Position numbers and translations under genes: made by a program
The notes under the pieces: generated by a model
What the model was told of the DNA's origin: nothing
Databases searched by the model: none
The model's input: the letters and a program-made list of their open reading frames with translations, nothing else
Assembly: GCA_965219455.1 (NCBI GenBank)
Contig: OZ244744.1
Coordinates: forward strand, 3,904,001 to 3,968,000
From: Candidatus Latescibacterota bacterium
GTDB taxonomy: Bacteria > Latescibacterota > UBA2968 > GCA-2709665
Reading direction: 5' to 3'
Length of the DNA stretch: 64,000 nt
In this document: piece by piece, positions 58,293-64,000 of the stretch
Position numbering within the stretch: the first letter of the stretch is position 1
How the letters are laid out: each line of letters starts with the position of its first letter

Positions 58293-59699
58293 ATGAGTGC
58301 CCAGATCGTTATTGCGGATGACCAGCCCGAAATTCTGGACATGCTCACGCGAAGCCTGCAGGTGGATGGCCGGATCGTGAGGGCCTTTCCGACGGGAAAG
58401 AAGGCCTTTGCATACCTGCGAGAGCACATTTCGGACGTTGACATGGCCATTCTGGATATCGATTTCGGCCCGGCCGAGCCGGACGGTCTGAAAATCCTGC
58501 GGCAGATTCGCGCCCTTGTGCCCGCCTTGCCCGTTATCATCCTTACGGGCAAGGGCACCGTGGAGAACGCAGTAGCCGCCCTGCGCATGGGTGCCTCCGA
58601 CTTTATCGAAAAAGATTTCTATATTGAGGACCGGCTCGAACTCAGCCTGGAAAAACTCGACCGGGTACTTGCCGTCCTTAAGGAGAATGCCCGGCTTCAT
58701 GCCCGGGTAAAGGATCTGGACCGCGAGAATCGTTTCTACCGGGACGAGTTCGGGAAAAAGTACAGGCCGATCAACGCCAGCCCCCAGATGCTGCGGATTA
58801 TGCAGCAGGCCGAGCGTATCGCTTCCATCCCCCGGCCGGTTCTTGTTCTCGGCGAACCCGGCACCGGAAAGGAACTCGTGGCCGCTGCGATCCACTACGG
58901 CGGGGTACGGAGAGATCGTCCTTTCGTTAAAGTCAACTGCGCCGCCCTCTCCGCCAACCTGCTCGAAAGCGAACTTTTCGGCTACGAAAAAGGGGCCTTC
59001 ACCGGAGCTACCGAAGCCCGACCCGGTCGTTTTGAAGCGGCCAACGGCGGTACGCTGTTACTCGACGAAATTGGCAACACCACACCGGAATTCCAGCAGA
59101 ACGTCCTGCGTGCCATCGAATACCAGGAGATTCAACGGGTGGGCGGAGCCACGCCCACCCGCGTGGACGTACGAATCATTGCCGCCACGAATGCCGATCT
59201 TGAACGTGAGATCATCGACGGGCGTTTTCGTCAGGACCTCTTCGACCGCCTGCGCTTTGAAATTATCCGCGTTCCCCCTCTTCGCGACCGGCGTGAAGAT
59301 ATCCAGCCGCTTGCCGGATTTTTCGTTGAACAGATCGTCCGGGAGGTCCCGGGACTCAAGGTCCGTCCGTTTTCGGAAAGCGCCCTCCGCCACCTGTTGG
59401 GCTACCCGTGGCCGGGAAACGTGCGCGAGCTCAAATTCGCCGCCGAACGCGCCACGTGCATGGCAACGGGCGCATCCATCGAAACCCGGGACCTGCCGCC
59501 CGAAATCTCCAGCGGGGCTCCGGCGGCATCGGGAGACGGTTTCGACGCTCAGGTCACGGCCTTTGAACTCGGATTGCTAAGGAGCGCGCTGAGCCGAACG
59601 AACTGGAACCAGCGCAAGGCGGCCGAATCGCTCAGTTTGAGCTACGATCAGTTTCGTCACTTTTACCGAAAGTTCGGACTTGCCAAAGAAAGGTCCTGA
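58293..59699 (+). CDS. sigma54-dependent response regulator (REC-AAA+-HTH) with PspF-like HTH
   Basis: REC (ADD, ILDID, LTG, EK); GEPGTGKE, ESELFG, GAFTGA, LDEI, WPGNVREL; HTH NQRKAAESLSLSYDQFRHF. Confidence 0.9.
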   Translation: MSAQIVIADDQPEILDMLTRSLQVDGRIVRAFPTGKKAFAYLREHISDVDMAILDIDFGPAEPDGLKILRQIRALVPALPVIILTGKGTVENAVAALRMGASDFIEKDFYIEDRLELSLEKLDRVLAVLKENARLHARVKDLDRENRFYRDEFGKKYRPINASPQMLRIMQQAERIASIPRPVLVLGEPGTGKELVAAAIHYGGVRRDRPFVKVNCAALSANLLESELFGYEKGAFTGATEARPGRFEAANGGTLLLDEIGNTTPEFQQNVLRAIEYQEIQRVGGATPTRVDVRIIAATNADLEREIIDGRFRQDLFDRLRFEIIRVPPLRDRREDIQPLAGFFVEQIVREVPGLKVRPFSESALRHLLGYPWPGNVRELKFAAERATCMATGASIETRDLPPEISSGAPAASGDGFDAQVTAFELGLLRSALSRTNWNQRKAAESLSLSYDQFRHFYRKFGLAKERS

Positions 59700-59729
59700 C
59701 ACGCGTTCTTCATATTAGGAGACCGGAAG

Positions 59730-60518
59730 ATGAATATTGTCGTATTCGGCGCGGCTGGCTGGCTCGGACGGGCGGCGCTGGCCGCTTTGGAGAAAAACCA
59801 TCGGATCCGGGCGTTCGACTTCGGCCCGAAGGCGTGGCGCGCCTGGCAGGACACCGAAGGTGAATGGACGGGCGGCGACGTCGTCCACGGAGATATCGTG
59901 GATTTTGAAGCCGTACACCGTGCCACGGAGGGTATGGACGCCGTTCTGCACATGGCGGTGTACCACTCGAACGATCCGGGCGCCCACGGCGTAGACGACG
60001 TTAAACCCTTCCTCGTCAACGTCAAGGGCCTCTGGAACGTACTGGAATCCGCCCGCCGCCACGGCATCGGGAGGATCGTGCATCTCGGCTCCTGTCAGAC
60101 CGCCCATCCCAGGGGCATCTTCTTCACGGCCGACGTCAGGCGGCCCGACGGCGGCCTTTACGGCGTCACGAAACGCCTTCAGGAAGAAATGTGCCGGCAG
60201 TTCCACGACGCGTTCGGCCTCCGCATTATTGTGCTGCGGCCGGACTACATTGTTGACAGCCGACTCGGTATCGGTCGGTACAAGGAAAAACTTGGTACGG
60301 AAGATCGGCCCTACCGCCAGGGCTGGGTGTGCCGCCACGACCTTGCGGAAGCCTGTCGCCTGAGCCTGGAATCCCAATCCATTGATTTCGACGTTTTCCA
60401 TATCGTGGGAACGCCGGGGGCCGACAGAACCTGCAACGTCGCACGGTCCCGAGAAATACTCGGCCTGGAATACCGGGGAAATCTCGAACAATACCGGACT
60501 GACGCCAGCGTTGAATAG
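59730..60518 (+). CDS. NAD-dependent epimerase/dehydratase (extended SDR)
   Basis: VFGAAGWLG, GDIVD, NVKGLWNV, YGVTK. Confidence 0.85.
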   Translation: MNIVVFGAAGWLGRAALAALEKNHRIRAFDFGPKAWRAWQDTEGEWTGGDVVHGDIVDFEAVHRATEGMDAVLHMAVYHSNDPGAHGVDDVKPFLVNVKGLWNVLESARRHGIGRIVHLGSCQTAHPRGIFFTADVRRPDGGLYGVTKRLQEEMCRQFHDAFGLRIIVLRPDYIVDSRLGIGRYKEKLGTEDRPYRQGWVCRHDLAEACRLSLESQSIDFDVFHIVGTPGADRTCNVARSREILGLEYRGNLEQYRTDASVE

Positions 60519-60555
60519 AAATAAAACGTGATTTGAAATTCCGGAGGTGGTCCCA

Positions 60556-60981
60556 ATGTCATCCAGGAAAAACGCGCGAATTGCCCGGGAGTCCCTCGAA
60601 GCCGCATTTGCCTCGGACTGGAAACGCCTTCGGGAAACTTACGCCGACGACGCGACCATGGTTGGCGGCGGACTTGACATCCGCGGCGCAGATAACATGG
60701 TGGCGCTCTGGCGGGGCTGCCACGAGGAAGAGCGGGGCCTGCGGCTCGAGATTCTCAACGTTGTCGCCGACGGCGACATGGTCGCTGTGGAGTTTCGCCA
60801 TAAGGGTATTGTAAACCAACCCCTTCCCGGACTGCCCGAAGCGTTATATGGCAAACGGCTCGAAGCGACCGAAGTGCACCTGTGCCGGTTTCGCAACGAC
60901 AAGATTACCGCCGTGACAATCTACGGCGGCGTCTGCGAATCTCCCGACGTCGCGCTGAGACGGGTCTGGGTGGCTGAATAG
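60556..60981 (+). CDS. SnoaL-like NTF2 family protein
   Basis: YADDA, IRGAD, VVADGDMVAVE, CRFRNDKI. Confidence 0.75.
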   Translation: MSSRKNARIARESLEAAFASDWKRLRETYADDATMVGGGLDIRGADNMVALWRGCHEEERGLRLEILNVVADGDMVAVEFRHKGIVNQPLPGLPEALYGKRLEATEVHLCRFRNDKITAVTIYGGVCESPDVALRRVWVAE

Positions 60982-60994
60982 GGAAACCGCTTGT

Positions 60995-62104
60995 ATGCCC
61001 TACCAACAGATCGACCACCGCCATGTCGTCCTCAGACCCCTGGCGGACCGACAAAGCAAATTCTCGGTCGACGAGATCATGGTCGACCCGGACACGCCCG
61101 CTCCCGACCCCGGATTGTCGGCGGACAGGCTCAGGCGCGTTGCTGAGGAAATTCACCGTGCCAGGCGGCGGGGTGCTTCCGTTATGCTGGCCTACGGCGC
61201 GCATCTGGTCAAAAACGGCCTGGGACCCGTTGTGGTCCGCATGATGGAGGCAGGTTGGATCACCCATCTGGCCACCAACGGAGCCGGCACGATTCACGAC
61301 TGGGAATACGCCTTTCAGGGGCGCTCTGAAGAAGACGTTCGGGCAAACGTCGCAGAGGGGTGTTTCGGAACCTGGGAGGAAACGGGTCGCTACATTCATC
61401 TGGCCGTTCTCACCGGCGCGTTGACGGGCATGGGTTACGGAGAATCCCTCGGAAAATTCATCTCCGACAACGGTTGCGACATCCCCGCCCGAAGCGACCT
61501 GGCATCCGCCCTGCGCCGGTGGGCCCACGCCCCCACGGATTCGCCGTCCATGCCGGCGTACGCCGAACTGCTTCACGTCGTCTCACGATTTGACATTCCT
61601 TCCGGCCGCTGCCGGGTAGAACACCCGTTTAAGGAGACTTCCCTTACGGCCCAGGCATACCGTCTCGGAGTTGCGCTTACAGTACATCCGGGCATCGGTT
61701 ACGACATCATCCACAACCACCACCTCGCCAACGGCGCGGCCATCGGTCGAGGCGCGGATATCGACTTTCGGGTGTTCACGCGGGGTGTCGTTGATCTGGA
61801 TGGAGGCGTGTTTCTTTCAATAGGTTCGGCCGTCATGGCGCCGCAGGTCTTTGAAAAAGCCCTTTCGCTGGCCAACAATCTTCGAATACAGGGAAACATG
61901 CGGGTTGTGCGCCCGTTCATTGTTGTCAACGACCTTTCGCCGATGACCTGGGATTGGTCCAGGGGCGAACCGCCGAAAGAAAATCCGGCGTACTATCTCA
62001 GATTTTGCAAGTCATTCAGCCGAATGGGAGGAGAAATGGTATACGTCGACAGCGACAACCGGATCTTTCTGCACAATCTCTATCACATTCTAAAGGGGAT
62101 GTAG
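60995..62104 (+). CDS. Deoxyhypusine-synthase-like fold protein of unknown function
   Basis: YGAHLVKNGL, HLATNGAGTIHDWE, FGTWEETG, TVHPGIGYDI, GSAVMAPQVFEKA. Confidence 0.65.
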   Translation: MPYQQIDHRHVVLRPLADRQSKFSVDEIMVDPDTPAPDPGLSADRLRRVAEEIHRARRRGASVMLAYGAHLVKNGLGPVVVRMMEAGWITHLATNGAGTIHDWEYAFQGRSEEDVRANVAEGCFGTWEETGRYIHLAVLTGALTGMGYGESLGKFISDNGCDIPARSDLASALRRWAHAPTDSPSMPAYAELLHVVSRFDIPSGRCRVEHPFKETSLTAQAYRLGVALTVHPGIGYDIIHNHHLANGAAIGRGADIDFRVFTRGVVDLDGGVFLSIGSAVMAPQVFEKALSLANNLRIQGNMRVVRPFIVVNDLSPMTWDWSRGEPPKENPAYYLRFCKSFSRMGGEMVYVDSDNRIFLHNLYHILKGM

Positions 62105-62198
62105 CGGACAGCCGAAAGTAGCACCGGACCTGTACCGCCTAACCGCAGGCATGGTCAACCGGCCTGCTTCGCCGCGCATGACTTTCCGGAAAGACGCT

Positions 62199-63371
62199 AT
62201 GGACGCCGTGCCCGAACGCGTTGTCCTCATCCACTACCACGAAATCGGCCTGAAGGGCAAGAACCGCGGCCGCTTCGAACAGCAACTGCTCACCAATATT
62301 TCACGTGCGTTGAAAGGCCTGCCGCGCGGCGCCGTTCGCCGTCTTTCCGGTCGCATTATCCTGGAACTCGCACCAGACGCGGATTTCGGCGCCATCCGGG
62401 AACGCTTGGCCGACGTGTTCGGGATTGCTAATTTTTCCGATGCCGTTCACGTGCCCAACGCCATCGAACGCATACGGGAAGGGGCGTGGGACGTCGTTCG
62501 GAACGTGGACTTCGGCTCTTTCAAGATTGCAGCACGTCGCGGCGACAAGAAATTCCCGCTCACTTCCGAGGAGATCAACCGCGACGTCGGCGCCCATGTC
62601 CAGACACTCTCCCGGGCACGGGTCAAGCTGGATGACCCGGACGTGACCTGTTTCATCGAAGTTTCGTACCAGGGCGCCTTCATCTATACCGGAAAAATTT
62701 CCGGGCCCGGAGGTCTGCCCGTCGGCGCCAACGAGCGTGCCGTCAGTCTGCTGTCCTCGGGGATTGACTCGCCGGTTGCGTCATACAAGACAATGAAACG
62801 CGGTGTGCGGCTCTCGTTCGTACACTTTCACAGCCAGCCGTATACCAACCGAAGCTCCCAGCGCAATACGGAGGAACTCGTCCGCGTGCTGACGCGGTAC
62901 CAGTACCAATCGACGCTGTATCTGGTCCCGTTCGTTGAAATCCAGCGCCGCGTGATGACCCATTCGCCTCCCGGTTACCGGGTGATTTTCTACCGCAGGG
63001 CCATGTTGCGCATTGCCGAAACCATTGCCGAGCGAGAAGGCGCGCAGGCCCTCGTCACGGGCGAAAGTATCGGTCAGGTCGCCTCGCAAACCCTGTCCAA
63101 CATTCGCGCCATCGAGGAGGTGACGCCGCTCCCCCTTCTGCGCCCGCTTTCGGGGGACAACAAAGAGGAAATTATCGATCTCGCCAGGCGCATCGGGACC
63201 TACGATATTTCAATAGAGCCCTATGAAGACTGTTGTACGGTCTTTGTGCCCAAACATCCTGAAACCCGCGCCAACCTGAAGACGGTTCACGAGATCGAAC
63301 CGAAACTCGACCTGCCCCCGCTGATCGAACAGGCACTGAAGGCGACGGACGTGATGACAGTAAAGTACTAG
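62199..63371 (+). CDS. thiI: tRNA 4-thiouridine synthase (no rhodanese domain)
   Basis: HEIGLKGKNR, THUMP domain, GGLPVG, LSSGIDSPVA, GESIGQVASQT, EDCC. Confidence 0.92.
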   Translation: MDAVPERVVLIHYHEIGLKGKNRGRFEQQLLTNISRALKGLPRGAVRRLSGRIILELAPDADFGAIRERLADVFGIANFSDAVHVPNAIERIREGAWDVVRNVDFGSFKIAARRGDKKFPLTSEEINRDVGAHVQTLSRARVKLDDPDVTCFIEVSYQGAFIYTGKISGPGGLPVGANERAVSLLSSGIDSPVASYKTMKRGVRLSFVHFHSQPYTNRSSQRNTEELVRVLTRYQYQSTLYLVPFVEIQRRVMTHSPPGYRVIFYRRAMLRIAETIAEREGAQALVTGESIGQVASQTLSNIRAIEEVTPLPLLRPLSGDNKEEIIDLARRIGTYDISIEPYEDCCTVFVPKHPETRANLKTVHEIEPKLDLPPLIEQALKATDVMTVKY

Positions 63372-64000
63372 ATATCCGACGGGTCGCCGCACCTCCCGCC
63401 CACTGCGATCCCGAACTGATCAAAAATGGCGTCCAGCAGGTGCGAGATTGCAGGGCCGAAATAACGGCCCTGGCGCCACGCCACGCCGATTTCGCGGCTG
63501 AATTGTACACCCCTCACCGGTACGGTCACCAGCCCCCCCGACGTCAGGGAATCCCGCACGGTCAGGTGTGGCAGGAAAGAAATACCCACGCCCACCTCAA
63601 CCAGTTTCCGCATGGCCTCGGGGCTTCGCATTTCCATTACCACGCCGGCCGATACTCCGGCCTCGGCGAACCGTTCGTCCACAATTTTACGTGACACCGA
63701 GTCGGCGTGAAACAGAATCAGGGGTTCCTCCGACACCTCCTGCAGGCCAACGGAAGAACGCCGGGAAAATCGATGCGACGCTCCGACAACCAGGGGCATT
63801 GAGTCTCGATAAATGGATACCGTGTTCAATTTCGGATGGATGAACGGCAGCGAAATTACCGCGAATTCAGAACGGTTCAGAAGCAGATCCTCAACCAGGT
63901 ACCTGGAAGGCGCCACCTGTACGGAAAGCGCCAGGTCGGTCCAATCCCGTATATACGCCTTCAGGATTTCCGGCAGCAGGTAGGTCACGGCCGCGTCGAT
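63368..64000 (-). CDS. LysR-family transcriptional regulator (5' end outside the window)
   Basis: Substrate-binding domain: YLLPEILKAY, EEPLIL, LVEVGVGISFLP, REIGVAW. Confidence 0.85.
   Translation of the reverse strand: MDAAVTYLLPEILKAYIRDWTDLALSVQVAPSRYLVEDLLLNRSEFAVISLPFIHPKLNTVSIYRDSMPLVVGASHRFSRRSSVGLQEVSEEPLILFHADSVSRKIVDERFAEAGVSAGVVMEMRSPEAMRKLVEVGVGISFLPHLTVRDSLTSGGLVTVPVRGVQFSREIGVAWRQGRYFGPAISHLLDAIFDQFGIAVGGRCGDPSDI

Overview
GC-rich (~60%) bacterial chromosomal window. The many sulfatase-fold and Gfo/Idh/MocA genes and an EF-hand/dockerin-like 'DFDxDGxVGFSDFLLF' module suggest an uncultured FCB-group lineage such as Ca. Latescibacterota (inference only). Left to right: (1) a minus-strand catabolic cluster with a BNR-4 beta-propeller/amidase fusion running off the left edge, a beta-propeller protein, a C45 peptidase, two sulfatase-fold hydrolases with Thr at the nucleophile position and an oxidoreductase; (2) an accessory zone (~9-19 kb) with MITEs, IS4 remnants around a beta-propeller phytase, a low-GC three-gene cassette ending in a RelE-like gene, a DUF6364/PIN toxin-antitoxin pair and an orphan antitoxin; (3) housekeeping genes: glnS, prs, adenosine deaminase, tRNA-Gln, gltX, two tRNA-Ser, nnrDE, split carB, pyrK, pyrD, rlpA, an S1 paralog, arfB, an RND transporter, hisA, thiL, copA, a LysM amidase, thiI and a partial LysR. 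The best candidate for an undescribed system is 50.1-59.7 kb: a phage-shock-protein-like envelope-stress locus. It has a sigma54 promoter with PspF-like upstream palindromes, pspA, a membrane-anchored winged-helix protein, repeated PspB-like modules, a Ser-less STAS protein, a small 2-TM protein, an ECF sigma factor, NfeD, flotillin, a soluble TPR histidine kinase and a receiver-fused PspF-like activator lacking the PspA-binding Trp. No pspC is visible. No CRISPR array or rRNA was seen. All family calls come from motif recognition by eye, not from database searches.
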